The notes: generated by a model not told the origin, from the letters alone. A stretch of 64,000 nt of DNA from an uncultured bacterium (GCA_937920515.1 CALEUG010000015.1:71382-135381), one strand, 5' to 3'; positions 38,075-47,998 are shown, counted from the first letter of the stretch. A program made the numbers and translations.

Positions 38075-39897
38075 TGCCAGTGAAAATTAAACATAAAGGG
38101 TTGCCTGCCGTCCTAAAGCGGGCCGCTATCCTGTTGTTTTTTCTGCTGGTCATCTTCATCGCCGGCTCTGTGGTTTATAACCTGAGGCCCAGGCACCGCC
38201 AGCCCGGAGCCATCGACCCTTCGCCTTCATCTGCCAGGACCTACCATGAGAAGTTCCGGGCTCTGGATTTTACCGGCGGGAAAATGCGTCTCAGGCTTAA
38301 AGCCGACCAGTTTTCGGTCGATGGTAGCGGAAGGCAGCACCTGGAAGGCAACGTGGAAATTACTGACGAGGAACCGGCCGGTGGAGTCAGCATCAGGGCA
38401 GCCAGAATGGTGCTCTATGAGGAGAAGAAGCTGGTCAGATCCGAAGGAGAAGTCACCCTGGTTGCGGGAACCCTGCAGCTAACGGCCGGGGAGTTTGAGT
38501 ATGACCTTCAGAATAAAGTGGCCGGGGCCGGTGAGGTCAGGCTCAAGCGGGGAAGCCTGAGCCTAAGCGCTGGCAGGCTGGTCTACCGGGCGGGGGACAG
38601 GCGCCTGGAATTAGAAGAAGGTTTTGCCGGAGAAATCAAACAATCGGGGGAATCTATTTACCTTTCAGGCGACCGTCTCATCATTGAACCCGACGGCCTG
38701 AGCTTTCTGGGAAAAGATTTGAAGCTTACTGCCGGCCTGTTAGCCCTGGCCGCCGTGGAGGCCCGGTTCCGATTGAAAGAGAACGGCTCTGCCCTTGATT
38801 CGGTCAGCCTGGAAGGCAGGGCACAGGTCAGGTGCAATTTCCGGGCAGGAAAATCTGAATTTCAGGAAGTCAGATTATTCTCTGACCGGATGTTTCTTAA
38901 GACCGGAGGCGAGGGATCGGTGATAAGAGCTCCGGGGGCTTTTGAGCTTGATGGTTCTGGAAGTGAATGGAGCCTGAATGGCAGAGGCGAAGAGCTGGAG
39001 TTCTATACTGAGAACGCAGGGGTGAACGCAGAGGCGGCCCGACGCTTGAAAGCCGGCCGCTTCAGGTCAAAACTGACGGAGGCTGCCGGCGAAGAATTCC
39101 AGCTGGCTGGCCAGAAAGCGGATTATGATCTGGCTTCTGGCCTGCTCCAGCTTGGCGGCCAGGCTGAAGCCCGGCACCGGCATTTTACCCTGAAGTCCGA
39201 CCGTCTTGAATTCAGGCTTGAGGACAGGAGCTGGTCGGCCTCAGGTTTTAATCTGGAAATCCGCCCCGGATTTTTTGAATTGCCAGCCCTGTTTTTTAAT
39301 GCTGGAAAATCCGTTTATCTTTCCGGTGAGCATCTGACCGGCCGGCCGGGTTTTTTTGACCTTAACGGCCGGCTCAGAATCTGGCAGGCAGAAGAGTTCT
39401 GCCGGGCAGACAGGGCCGGCCTGGAAGGAAGAACCGGGCGGATTTTCCTGGAAAAGCTGGCTGAATCCGGCTGGCTGGTGGAGCAGACAGATGGTCGCAG
39501 GGGAAGGCTTGAATTGCGGGCCGACCTGGCCGGTCTTCAGCCTGAGGAAAACCGGGCGGTTCTGAGCGGAAAGGTGGAGCTCAAGCTTGGCAATTTAGGT
39601 CTGTCTTCCAACGAGCTTATCCTGGTTTTTTCTGCAGAACCTCCGGGGCGGCTTTCGGAGCTTGAGGGCCGGGGCCGGGTTGTTCTCTCCTGGAAGGGCT
39701 ATCGAGCTTACGGGAGGCAGGCCGAGGTTGACCTTTTGGCTGAAAAGATTACCCTGGCCGGGGCTCCGCAGCTCATAACAGCCAGCGGGGAAAGGCTGGA
39801 AGCTGACAAATTGACTTTGTTTTTAGCGGATGATAGAATCCGCCTTGAGAACCAGAAGAGAGAGAGGTCGTTGACCATCCTTGTCAGGGGCAGATGA
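38074..39897 (+). CDS. LptC/LptA-like (OstA-type beta-jellyroll) protein, apparently fused/expanded, with N-terminal TM anchor
   Basis: 607 aa with an N-terminal TM helix (AAILLFFLLVIFIAG), followed by repeated modules of the type LEGNVEITDEE...GEVTLVAGTLQLTAGEFEYDL...GEVRLKRGSLSLSAGRLVY, typical of LptA/LptC. It occupies the lptC-lptA slot directly upstream of lptB-rpoN. Confidence 0.5.
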   Translation: MPVKIKHKGLPAVLKRAAILLFFLLVIFIAGSVVYNLRPRHRQPGAIDPSPSSARTYHEKFRALDFTGGKMRLRLKADQFSVDGSGRQHLEGNVEITDEEPAGGVSIRAARMVLYEEKKLVRSEGEVTLVAGTLQLTAGEFEYDLQNKVAGAGEVRLKRGSLSLSAGRLVYRAGDRRLELEEGFAGEIKQSGESIYLSGDRLIIEPDGLSFLGKDLKLTAGLLALAAVEARFRLKENGSALDSVSLEGRAQVRCNFRAGKSEFQEVRLFSDRMFLKTGGEGSVIRAPGAFELDGSGSEWSLNGRGEELEFYTENAGVNAEAARRLKAGRFRSKLTEAAGEEFQLAGQKADYDLASGLLQLGGQAEARHRHFTLKSDRLEFRLEDRSWSASGFNLEIRPGFFELPALFFNAGKSVYLSGEHLTGRPGFFDLNGRLRIWQAEEFCRADRAGLEGRTGRIFLEKLAESGWLVEQTDGRRGRLELRADLAGLQPEENRAVLSGKVELKLGNLGLSSNELILVFSAEPPGRLSELEGRGRVVLSWKGYRAYGRQAEVDLLAEKITLAGAPQLITASGERLEADKLTLFLADDRIRLENQKRERSLTILVRGR

Positions 39898-40622
39898 GAT
39901 TCCTGAAAGCCGTAAATCTGAACAAAAGGTATGGTCAGCGCCGGGTCGTCGATAATCTCAGCCTGGAAGTCAGGTCGGGAGAGGCCGTCGGACTTCTCGG
40001 TCCCAACGGGGCCGGCAAAACCACCGCTTTTTCCATAATCGTTGGCCTGTTAGAAACCGATAACGGCCAGGTCTGGCTGGACAGGGAAGAATTGACCTTT
40101 CTTCCTGCCTATGTCCGGGCCCGGAAAGGATTGGGCTTCCTGCCCCAGGAACCATCGGTTTTCCGCGGGCTGAGCGTCGAAGAAAACCTGATGCTGGTGC
40201 TCCAGCACCGTTCCGTCACCGCTCCCCGGGAAAGCCTTAAAGAAACAGCGGCCGCCCTGCTGGAGGATTTCGGGCTGGCCTCGCTGGCCCGAAGCCGGGC
40301 TGACCGTCTTTCGGGGGGTGAGCGCCGCAAGCTGGAAATTGCCCGGGCGATGGCCGGCCGTCCGGTTTTCCTGTTGCTGGACGAACCTTTCAGCGAACTC
40401 GACCCCCTGGCTGTGGCCGACCTTCAGGCAATTATCCGGAAACTAAAAGAGCGAGGGCTGGGTGTCCTGTTAACCGACCACAGGCTCAGGGAGGCCCTGG
40501 GCGTCATGGATAGAATTTGCATAATGAATGGTGGTAAAATTATTGCTGAAGGAAGGCCGGAGGAGGTCCTGGAAAAAAAAGAGGTGCGCGAGATATACCT
40601 GGGCCCTGACTTCCGTCTATGA
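39894..40622 (+). CDS. lptB: LPS export ABC transporter ATP-binding protein LptB
   Basis: Walker A GPNGAGKTT, signature LSGGERRKLEIARA, Walker B LLLDEPF. Sits upstream of rpoN. Confidence 0.85.
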   Translation: MRFLKAVNLNKRYGQRRVVDNLSLEVRSGEAVGLLGPNGAGKTTAFSIIVGLLETDNGQVWLDREELTFLPAYVRARKGLGFLPQEPSVFRGLSVEENLMLVLQHRSVTAPRESLKETAAALLEDFGLASLARSRADRLSGGERRKLEIARAMAGRPVFLLLDEPFSELDPLAVADLQAIIRKLKERGLGVLLTDHRLREALGVMDRICIMNGGKIIAEGRPEEVLEKKEVREIYLGPDFRL

Positions 40623-40636
40623 TTTAAGCAGCCACA

Positions 40637-42085
40637 ATGAAGCAAAAGCTTGACCAGAAACAGGTGCAGAAGCTGGTGATGGCTCCCGCCCTCCAGCAGG
40701 CCATCCGTCTGCTCCAGCTGACCAACCTGGAATTGCAGGAAGTTATCAACCAGGAGCTCGAAGAAAACCCTTTGCTTGAGACTGAAGACGAAGTGTCGCA
40801 GGAAACGGTTGCCTCCCTTCAAGCGGGCGAAGAAGCGAAAGACGAGGAGGAGCTGGAGCAGGGCGGCACTGCCCCCGATGAGTTCGACGAAATAATTTTT
40901 GCTGCCGGTTTCCAGGATTATTTTGACGAAGAAATTCCATATTCCGGGCATGGAGATAAGGACCTGGTGCCTTTTGAAAACCTGGTTTCCCGGAGGCCGT
41001 CGCTCTGGGACCACCTGAGCTGGCAGGCCGGCCTGACTTTTTTTGGAGAGGAGGAGCTGGAAATAGCCGAATTCATCATCGGCAACCTGAACGACGATGG
41101 TTACCTGACCATAAGCCCGGAAGAGATTGCTTCCCGCCTGCAGAAACCGCTGGAAAAGGTGGAAGCGGTCAGGGAAAAAATAAAGATGTTTGACCCCCCG
41201 GGCTGCGGTAGCCTGGTCCTGAGCGAAGCCCTGCTGGCCCAGATGGATTCGCTCAACCTGCAGGACGAGGTGGCCCGCAGGATTATCAGCGATTACCTTC
41301 CTTACCTGCAGAAATCTGACCATCAGGAACTGGCCCGCCTGCTCAATTTGAGCCTGATTGAGTTGAAACTTCACCTTGACCTGATCAAGAACCTGGATCC
41401 GGCCCCCGGGCACAAGTACAGCGAGGACCGCGACCTCTACGTGGTGCCCGATATCTTCGTGGTCAAGGAAGACGGGGAGTGGAAGATATACCTGAACGAA
41501 GAAGGCCTGCCCCGTCTGCGCCTTAACCAGTATTACCGCCAGCTTATCGAGTCCGGGCTCAAGGAAGACCGGGAGACCACCCGCTTTCTCAAGGATAAGA
41601 TGAAAAGGGCACTGTGGTTCATCCGCAGCCTGGACCAGAGAAACCGGACGATTTACCGGGTGGCCAGGTACATAGTGGACCGCCAGAAGGATTTTTTGGA
41701 GCAGGGCCTGGACCACATCAAACCGATGACCCTGCTGGAGGTGGCCCGGGAACTCGGGCTGCACGAATCGACCGTCGGGCGGGTGGTGGCCAACAAGTAC
41801 ATGATGACACCCCTGGGTCTCTATCCCCTGAAGTTCTTCTTCCACAAATCGCTCAGCGGGACCTACGGGGAGGAAGTCTCTTCGCTCCGCATCAAGGAGA
41901 GGATAAGGAAATTAATTGAGAACGAGGACCGCAGCAACCCCTTGAGCGACGACGAAATTGTTGATATATTATCCAGAGAAAACATTCAGATTGCCCGGAG
42001 GACCGTGGCCAAGTACCGGGGGCAGCTTGACATTCCGCCTTCTCATATAAGAAAGAAGAAATTTATGATGGAGGAAGCAACATGA
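40637..42085 (+). CDS. rpoN: RNA polymerase sigma-54 factor
   Basis: Gln/Leu-rich region I, a core-binding region, and the C-terminal RpoN box ARRTVAKYR. Confidence 0.95.
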   Translation: MKQKLDQKQVQKLVMAPALQQAIRLLQLTNLELQEVINQELEENPLLETEDEVSQETVASLQAGEEAKDEEELEQGGTAPDEFDEIIFAAGFQDYFDEEIPYSGHGDKDLVPFENLVSRRPSLWDHLSWQAGLTFFGEEELEIAEFIIGNLNDDGYLTISPEEIASRLQKPLEKVEAVREKIKMFDPPGCGSLVLSEALLAQMDSLNLQDEVARRIISDYLPYLQKSDHQELARLLNLSLIELKLHLDLIKNLDPAPGHKYSEDRDLYVVPDIFVVKEDGEWKIYLNEEGLPRLRLNQYYRQLIESGLKEDRETTRFLKDKMKRALWFIRSLDQRNRTIYRVARYIVDRQKDFLEQGLDHIKPMTLLEVARELGLHESTVGRVVANKYMMTPLGLYPLKFFFHKSLSGTYGEEVSSLRIKERIRKLIENEDRSNPLSDDEIVDILSRENIQIARRTVAKYRGQLDIPPSHIRKKKFMMEEAT

Positions 42086-42606
42086 TCGTCAATTTTACTG
42101 CCCGGCGTACCGAGCTGACGGAAGAAATTAAAGAATACTGCCAGAAAAGGCTGGACAGAATGGAGAAGATTTTAAGAGACATTCTTCAGATCGATATAAT
42201 TCTGAGCGAGCAACGCAGCCGGAAAAAAGTTGACCTGCAGGTCAAGCGACGCGGTGAGGATTTTGTCATCTCTGTGGAAACCAACGATGTCTTCAATTCC
42301 CTGAACCAGGCCTTCGACAGCCTGGAGAAAAAAATAGTCAAGGAAAGAAGCAAAATGATACAGAGAAGGCGGAGGGCGGCCGGTCGGGAAGAGTCGCTGA
42401 CCGGGCTGGAGACGGTTGAACCTGCTCCGCGTCTGCTGCGCCTTCCGTATTACTCGGACAAGCCGATCAGCATCCAGGAAGCTCTGCTGCAGCTGGAAGA
42501 GGGCAAGAAAGAAGTTTTTCTGTTTCGCAAGGAAGGCAGCGAAAGCTGGGCTGCCGTTTTCCGCAGAAAAGACGGCCAGGTTGCCCTGGTTGATCCAGAA
42601 GCATAA
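42082..42606 (+). CDS. hpf: Ribosome hibernation-promoting factor (long form)
   Basis: MIVNFTARRTELTEEIKEYCQKRLDRMEKI... is a RaiA/HPF fold, plus a C-terminal extension. Classic position after rpoN. Confidence 0.85.
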   Translation: MIVNFTARRTELTEEIKEYCQKRLDRMEKILRDILQIDIILSEQRSRKKVDLQVKRRGEDFVISVETNDVFNSLNQAFDSLEKKIVKERSKMIQRRRRAAGREESLTGLETVEPAPRLLRLPYYSDKPISIQEALLQLEEGKKEVFLFRKEGSESWAAVFRRKDGQVALVDPEA

Positions 42607-42649
42607 CATATAGAGGAATTGAGTAAAAATAGAAAACTGAGCGAAGGAG

Positions 42650-43123
42650 TTGGCCGCGGTGAGATTGTCGAACATCATCAAGGAAAAAAACATTCTGCTG
42701 GAAATGAAGGCCCAGAAAAAGGATGAGGCCCTGGCTGAACTGGCCACCCATCTGAAGAAGCAGAAGCTAATCAATCACGAGAAAGAAATAATAGAAAAAC
42801 TTTTGCAGCGGGAGGCGCTGGGCAGCACCGCCCTGGGTGAAGGTATAGCCATTCCTCACTGCAAGGCCAGGGGAATCAAGAGCCCCATCCTGATGGTGGG
42901 CATCTCCCGCAACGGGGTTAATTTCGAATCTCCCGACGGGCAACCGGTCAAAGTTTTTTTCCTGCTGATCACTTCACCCGATGACCCCAGCCTTAATCTT
43001 CAGATCCTGGCCCTGATCGCCCAGCTGGTTAAAAAGTCTCCCGGGCTCAAATCAAGGCTGCTGGCAGCTGAGGATGTCGGGGAAGTCCTGGAAATTATAA
43101 GAGAGCAGGAAGAAAAAGCCTGA
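42650..43123 (+). CDS. ptsN: PTS IIA-Ntr nitrogen regulatory protein
   Basis: EIIA(Fru/Ntr) fold with the phosphorylatable His in GEGIAIPHCK. Confidence 0.8.
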   Translation: MAAVRLSNIIKEKNILLEMKAQKKDEALAELATHLKKQKLINHEKEIIEKLLQREALGSTALGEGIAIPHCKARGIKSPILMVGISRNGVNFESPDGQPVKVFFLLITSPDDPSLNLQILALIAQLVKKSPGLKSRLLAAEDVGEVLEIIREQEEKA

Positions 43124-43764
43124 TGGCCGCCGGCAAAACTGGAAAATCCAGGGGGCAGCCCGGGAAGGGCAGGCCGAACCGACCCGGGACTAATGCTGCT
43201 TTTTCAGGCGCGGGGAGTTCGCCTCAGGTGGTTATTTCCGCCGGCCTGCTGAAAATATTCGGGGTGGGCACCCTGATCATCGGCGACAGCGGTGTGGGCA
43301 AGAGCGAGAGCTCGCTGGAACTAATCGCCCGCGGTCATAAATTTGTCTCCGACGACGTGGTGGAAATTTTCCGGGACGAAAAAGGCCTTCTCCACGGCCG
43401 TTCTCCCCGGCTGACCAGGAATTTCATGGAAATAAGGGGGCTGGGGATTATCAACATCAAGGAGATTTTTGGAGCCAGGGCCATCCTGGAAGAGACCCCG
43501 GTCGACCTGGTTATCAGGCTCAAAAAGTGGAGCAAAAGGATGGAAATTGACCGGCTCGGCCTGAAATTCCCCGAGGACTTTCGGCTGGCCGGGATGAGCA
43601 TTCCCCAGTTACATATCCCGGTGGCACCCGGCCGTAATATCGCCACCCTGATTGAAGTGGCCTGTCGGGTATTTTCTCTGAGGAAAAAAGGTTACGAAGC
43701 CGCCCAGGACATCGTCCGGCGGCTGGACAGGAAACTGGCCAGGAAGAATGAACAATCATCGTAA
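43123..43764 (+). CDS. hprK: HPr kinase/phosphorylase, short form (kinase domain only)
   Basis: GVGTLIIGDSGVGKSESSLELIARGHKFVSDD is the HprK P-loop and core. No N-terminal regulatory domain; the N-terminal ~40 aa of the ORF are low-complexity, so the start may lie further downstream. Confidence 0.8.
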   Translation: MAAGKTGKSRGQPGKGRPNRPGTNAAFSGAGSSPQVVISAGLLKIFGVGTLIIGDSGVGKSESSLELIARGHKFVSDDVVEIFRDEKGLLHGRSPRLTRNFMEIRGLGIINIKEIFGARAILEETPVDLVIRLKKWSKRMEIDRLGLKFPEDFRLAGMSIPQLHIPVAPGRNIATLIEVACRVFSLRKKGYEAAQDIVRRLDRKLARKNEQSS

Positions 43765-44611
43765 AAGCACAGACTTTATCGTGGTCACCGGCCTGTCCGG
43801 TTCCGGCAAGACCGTGGTCAGCCGGTTTCTGGAAGATATGGGCTATTACTGCGTAGATAACCTGCCGGCCAAGTTAATACCCGAGCTGGTTGACCTGTGG
43901 CTCAGAAAAAAAGTGGAAATCGACCGGATGGCTCTGGTGATTGATATCCGGGAGCCCAGGTTCCTGACCGAATTCCCGGACATAGTCAGGCAGCTAAAGG
44001 TCAAGCCGTTTCTCATCTTTCTGGAAGCGACGGATGAAGCCCTGGTCAAAAGGTTCAGCGAAAGCCGCCGCCCGCATCCCCTGGCCAGAAACAAGTCGGT
44101 CCTCTCCGGGGTCAGGCTGGAGAGAAGAAAACTGGCCCCGATCAAGGATATGGCCGATGAGGTCATAGATACCACCGGCCTGACCATCTCCCGGCTCAAG
44201 GAGCAGGTATTTGAACGGATTTTAAGGAAAAAGCAGCATCGGCTTCAGGTCTACGTTATCAGCTTTGGCTATAAGCACGGTTTGCCGCTGGATTCCGACC
44301 TTGTTTTTGACACCAGGTTTCTGCCCAATCCTTATTACCTGGACAGCCTGCGCCAGCTCGATGGCCGGAACAAGAAGGTCCGGGACTTTGTCCTGAACTC
44401 GAATGAGACCAGGGCTTTTCTGGACAGGCTCTACGATTTCGTTGATTACCTTCTGCCCGGGTTTCTGAAGGAGGGCAAGAGCAGTTTGACCATATCCGTG
44501 GGCTGCACCGGCGGCCGGCACCGCTCGGTGGTCATTGCCGAAGCTCTTAAGAACCATCTGAAGACCAGGAAAGTGGCGGTAAAAATAATTCACCGGGATA
44601 TTTATAAGTAA
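43748..44611 (+). CDS. rapZ: RNase adapter protein RapZ (YhbJ)
   Basis: P-loop VVTGLSGSGKT and the C-terminal RapZ region (SVGCTGGRHRSV). Confidence 0.85.
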   Translation: MNNHRKSTDFIVVTGLSGSGKTVVSRFLEDMGYYCVDNLPAKLIPELVDLWLRKKVEIDRMALVIDIREPRFLTEFPDIVRQLKVKPFLIFLEATDEALVKRFSESRRPHPLARNKSVLSGVRLERRKLAPIKDMADEVIDTTGLTISRLKEQVFERILRKKQHRLQVYVISFGYKHGLPLDSDLVFDTRFLPNPYYLDSLRQLDGRNKKVRDFVLNSNETRAFLDRLYDFVDYLLPGFLKEGKSSLTISVGCTGGRHRSVVIAEALKNHLKTRKVAVKIIHRDIYK

Positions 44612-44652
44612 AGCCGGATCGGTTAAAATATACAGGAAATTTCTTTCGGGCG

Positions 44653-45066
44653 GTGTTTATGATCGGCGGAGTTATAGTATCCCACGGACGGCTGGCCGAA
44701 GAGTTGCTCAATGCCCTGACCATCATCCTGGGTGAGGCCCCGAACATCGAACCCATTTCCATCGGCTGGTATGATGACGTGGAAGAATCCAAGAAAAAGA
44801 TCAGCCAGAGCCTGAAAAAAGTCGACCAGAAAAACGGCGTGATTATCTTTACCGACATGTTCGGGGGTACACCCTCCAACCTGAGCTTCAGCTTTCTGGC
44901 CGAAAACAAGATTGAAATCATCACCGGGGTGAACCTGCCGATGTTGATCAAGTTTGTTTCCCTGCAGCGGAGCAACAACCTGAAAGATGTGGCCAGGAAG
45001 GTGGCCGAGCAGGGCAAGAAGAATATTCACCTGGCCAGCGCTCTCCTCAGCTCCAGGTCAAAATAA
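44653..45066 (+). CDS. PTS EIIA component, mannose/sorbose family
   Basis: IGGVIVSHGRLAEELLNALTIILGE (phospho-His) and ...FTDMFGGTPSN are hallmarks of EIIA-Man. Confidence 0.7.
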   Translation: MFMIGGVIVSHGRLAEELLNALTIILGEAPNIEPISIGWYDDVEESKKKISQSLKKVDQKNGVIIFTDMFGGTPSNLSFSFLAENKIEIITGVNLPMLIKFVSLQRSNNLKDVARKVAEQGKKNIHLASALLSSRSK

Positions 45067-45078
45067 AATCGAACAGCC

Positions 45079-45348
45079 ATGATTGAAAAGAAGATTATCA
45101 TAAAAAATAAGTTAGGCCTGCACGCCAGAGCGGCCGTCAAGTTTGTCAACCTGGCCAACCGCTACAGCGCCTCGGTGAAAATCGTCAAGGACAGCAACGA
45201 GGTGGACGGCAAGAGCATCCTGGGCATTCTGACCCTGGCCGCTTCCCAGGGGACGCCGATCAAGCTGGTGGTCAACGGCCGCGACGAAGTCCAGGCCATG
45301 AAAGCTCTCTGCGACCTCATCAACAACAGGTTTGGCGAAGAAGAATAG
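45079..45348 (+). CDS. ptsH: HPr-family phosphocarrier protein (HPr/NPr)
   Basis: LGLHARAA with His15, and the GKSILGILTLAA region. 89 aa. Confidence 0.85.
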   Translation: MIEKKIIIKNKLGLHARAAVKFVNLANRYSASVKIVKDSNEVDGKSILGILTLAASQGTPIKLVVNGRDEVQAMKALCDLINNRFGEEE

Positions 45349-45349
45349 T

Positions 45350-47116
45350 ATGGAAATCATCCGGCTGCGCGGTCTCGGGGTTTCGCCCGGCATTGCCATG
45401 GGAGAAGCCTTCATTTCGGAACGGGTGGTTTTTACCTCCAGGCGAGAATCCATCAGCGAACGTCAGGTGGAAGAAGAACTCAAGAGACTGCAGCGAGCGC
45501 TGGAGCGGACCAGGCAGGAACTGACTGAACTGAAGGAGCACGTGCGGGAGCGAATCGGCAATGAGCAGGCTTTCATTTTTGATGCTCACCTGATGATGAT
45601 CGACGACCAGATGCTGCTGAGCAGCCTGGAAAAAATCATCCGGGAAGAGAAGGTCCGGTCGGAATGGGCTATTTCCCGGGTCAATGCCCACTTTGAAACT
45701 CTGTTTGATTCCCTGACCGATGAATATTTCCAGCAGAGGAAGACCGACCTGTCGGACGTCCTGGCCAGAATCTACCGCAACCTGGAAAGGAAGAGGAACA
45801 AAAAAGAGGACTCTGACAAGCCCACCATCCTGGTGGCTCATGAACTCCTGCCTTCCGAAGTGGCCCTGAATATAAGTCGCAAGAAGGTCATCGGAATTGC
45901 CCTGGACATGGGCGGTCAGACCTCGCACACGGCCATCCTGGCCAGGTCGCTGGGCATACCGGCCGTGGTTGGCCTGCACGATATCAGCCTACAGTTAAAG
46001 AGCGGAGATTTTATTATCGTGGACGGGACAGATGGCGAGGTCATCGTCAACCCCACCCCGGCTGTGAGGAGAGAATTTCAGAGCAAGAAGGAAAGATACG
46101 AAGTCTACCAGCGAGAGCTCAAGAAGATCGCCAGACTCAAGCCGGAAACTCTGGACGGGGTCAGGTTTAAACCCCTGGCCAACATAGAGCTACCGGAGGA
46201 AGTGAAGGCGGCCTTTTCTTACGGGGCCGAGGGAATCGGGCTTTTCCGGTCTGAGTTTATTTACCTGCAGCGGCTTAGCCTGCCCTCGGAGGGAGACCAT
46301 CTGGCCATATACCAGAAAATGGCCAGCAGAACTTACCCCCGGCCGGTCTACATCAGGACCATTGATATTGGCGGAGAAAAAAGCCTGCCCCAGCTCAACA
46401 TCAAAAAAGAACCCAACCCGGCCCTGGGCCTGCGGGCCATTCGCTTTTCCCTGAAAAACCGGGAGCTCTTTCGCACCCAGATCCGGGCCATCCTCAAGGC
46501 CAGCGCCAGGAAGAACGTCAGGCTGATGGTGCCGATGATCACCGAGGTGGAAGAGGTCATCGAGTTAAAGTTAATCGTCGAGGAGCTCAAGGCCGAATTG
46601 AAAGAGGAGAAGGTGCCCTTTGACGAGAATCTTCCTATCGGTGTGATGATAGAGGTTCCGGCCGCGGCCGTGCTGATTGAGAGCATAATCAAGGAAGTGG
46701 ATTACGTCAGCATCGGGACCAACGATTTGATTCAATACTACCTGGCGGTTGACCGGGGAAATGAATCGGTTTCTTATCTTTTCAAGCCTCACCACCCGGC
46801 TGTCCTCAGGCTGCTGGACCGGGTCATCAAGGTCGTTAACCGCGAGGGAAAGGAAGTGACGGTTTGCGGCGAGATGGCTGCCGACCCGCTGTCGGCCATC
46901 ATTCTGCTGGGCCTGGGGCTCAGAACCTTCAGCATGAACCCGATTTTTATCCCCAAAGTAAAAAAAGCCCTGAGGGCGGTTGAACTTAAAACCGCGGAAA
47001 AGGCGGTGGCCGAAGCCCTGAAGCTTAAAACGGCCAGGGAAATAGAAGAATTCATGATAGAGGCCATTTTGCGCCGGCACCCTGAAGCTTTCCTGATGAG
47101 CCAGATTGTAAGCTGA
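45350..47116 (+). CDS. ptsI: Phosphoenolpyruvate-protein phosphotransferase (Enzyme I)
   Basis: Phospho-His region GGQTSHTAILARSLGIPAVVG, PEP-utilising C-terminal domain (GTNDLIQY). Start at the ATG at 45350, just after the HPr stop. Confidence 0.9.
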   Translation: MEIIRLRGLGVSPGIAMGEAFISERVVFTSRRESISERQVEEELKRLQRALERTRQELTELKEHVRERIGNEQAFIFDAHLMMIDDQMLLSSLEKIIREEKVRSEWAISRVNAHFETLFDSLTDEYFQQRKTDLSDVLARIYRNLERKRNKKEDSDKPTILVAHELLPSEVALNISRKKVIGIALDMGGQTSHTAILARSLGIPAVVGLHDISLQLKSGDFIIVDGTDGEVIVNPTPAVRREFQSKKERYEVYQRELKKIARLKPETLDGVRFKPLANIELPEEVKAAFSYGAEGIGLFRSEFIYLQRLSLPSEGDHLAIYQKMASRTYPRPVYIRTIDIGGEKSLPQLNIKKEPNPALGLRAIRFSLKNRELFRTQIRAILKASARKNVRLMVPMITEVEEVIELKLIVEELKAELKEEKVPFDENLPIGVMIEVPAAAVLIESIIKEVDYVSIGTNDLIQYYLAVDRGNESVSYLFKPHHPAVLRLLDRVIKVVNREGKEVTVCGEMAADPLSAIILLGLGLRTFSMNPIFIPKVKKALRAVELKTAEKAVAEALKLKTAREIEEFMIEAILRRHPEAFLMSQIVS

Positions 47117-47120
47117 TTTT

Positions 47121-47498
47121 CTAATCCCGCCCGTAAACGTCTTCCAGCCGGACGATGTCATCCTCGTCTGAATCACCCAGCCACAGTTCCATCACCCGGG
47201 CCGGCTGCGGGCCGAGACCTTTCAGGCGGTGGGGAGTCCCGGCTGGAATAAATATTTCTTCTCCAGGTTGCGGTTGCCAGCTCTTTTCCCCCAGGTTTAT
47301 CTCCAGACCGCTGTCCAGGACCACCCAGTATTCGCTGCGCCGGCGGTGGTATTGAAGAGACAGCAGGCCTCCCGGGTTAACGGTGATTATTTTCAGGCTG
47401 GAAGCCAGCTGGTGGGGATAGCTGCGGAACTTTCCCCAGGGTCGGTCTTCCTCGTAGATGAGCCGGCGGATTTTTTCAGCCTCAGGAATATCAGTCAC
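47121..47498 (-). CDS. Cupin-domain protein (mannose-6-phosphate-isomerase-type cupin)
   Basis: PWGKFRSY...LQYHRRRSEYWVVLDSG...IPAGTPHRL is the two-motif cupin signature. Confidence 0.6.
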   Translation of the reverse strand: MTDIPEAEKIRRLIYEEDRPWGKFRSYPHQLASSLKIITVNPGGLLSLQYHRRRSEYWVVLDSGLEINLGEKSWQPQPGEEIFIPAGTPHRLKGLGPQPARVMELWLGDSDEDDIVRLEDVYGRD

Positions 47499-47524
47499 GT
47501 TCTGTCTCCGGTCTGGCCGTGTAA

Positions 47525-47998
47525 CTAAAACGGGATTTCGTCGTCCCCCTCGGTCGGGGGGGGTTCCTCTGGAAAATCCTCGACGGGTGGCTCGGAAATT
47601 TCGGGGAAGTCCTCCACGGCGCCGGCCTCAACCCGGGCTTCAGCCTGGGGCGGGACTTTCTTGCCCAGGGGGACAACGTTGACCGCTTCCACCTCGGTGC
47701 TGTTGCGGCGGTTGCCGTCGCGGTCTTCCCAGGAGCGCCAGCGCAACCGACCCTCGACCATAACCTGTCTCCCGGCCTCCAGGAACCTGTCGCAGAACTC
47801 GGCCAGCGGACCCCAGGCCACGATGCGGTGGTACTCGGTCCGCTCCGTGGCCTGCCTGGTGTCACGGTTATAGGCCTGTTCGTTGGTGGCCACCTGGAAC
47901 CTGGCCACCGCCCGACCTGATGGAATATGCCGGATTTCGGGTTTCTTTACCAGGTGGCCGACAAGAATGACTCTGTTCAAACTGTTTCTGTCTCTCAT
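47525..47998 (-). CDS. ssb: Single-stranded DNA-binding protein
   Basis: OB-fold NRVILVGHLVKKPEIR...ARFQVATNE, and the acidic C-terminal tip DDEIPF. Confidence 0.9.
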   Translation of the reverse strand: MRDRNSLNRVILVGHLVKKPEIRHIPSGRAVARFQVATNEQAYNRDTRQATERTEYHRIVAWGPLAEFCDRFLEAGRQVMVEGRLRWRSWEDRDGNRRNSTEVEAVNVVPLGKKVPPQAEARVEAGAVEDFPEISEPPVEDFPEEPPPTEGDDEIPF

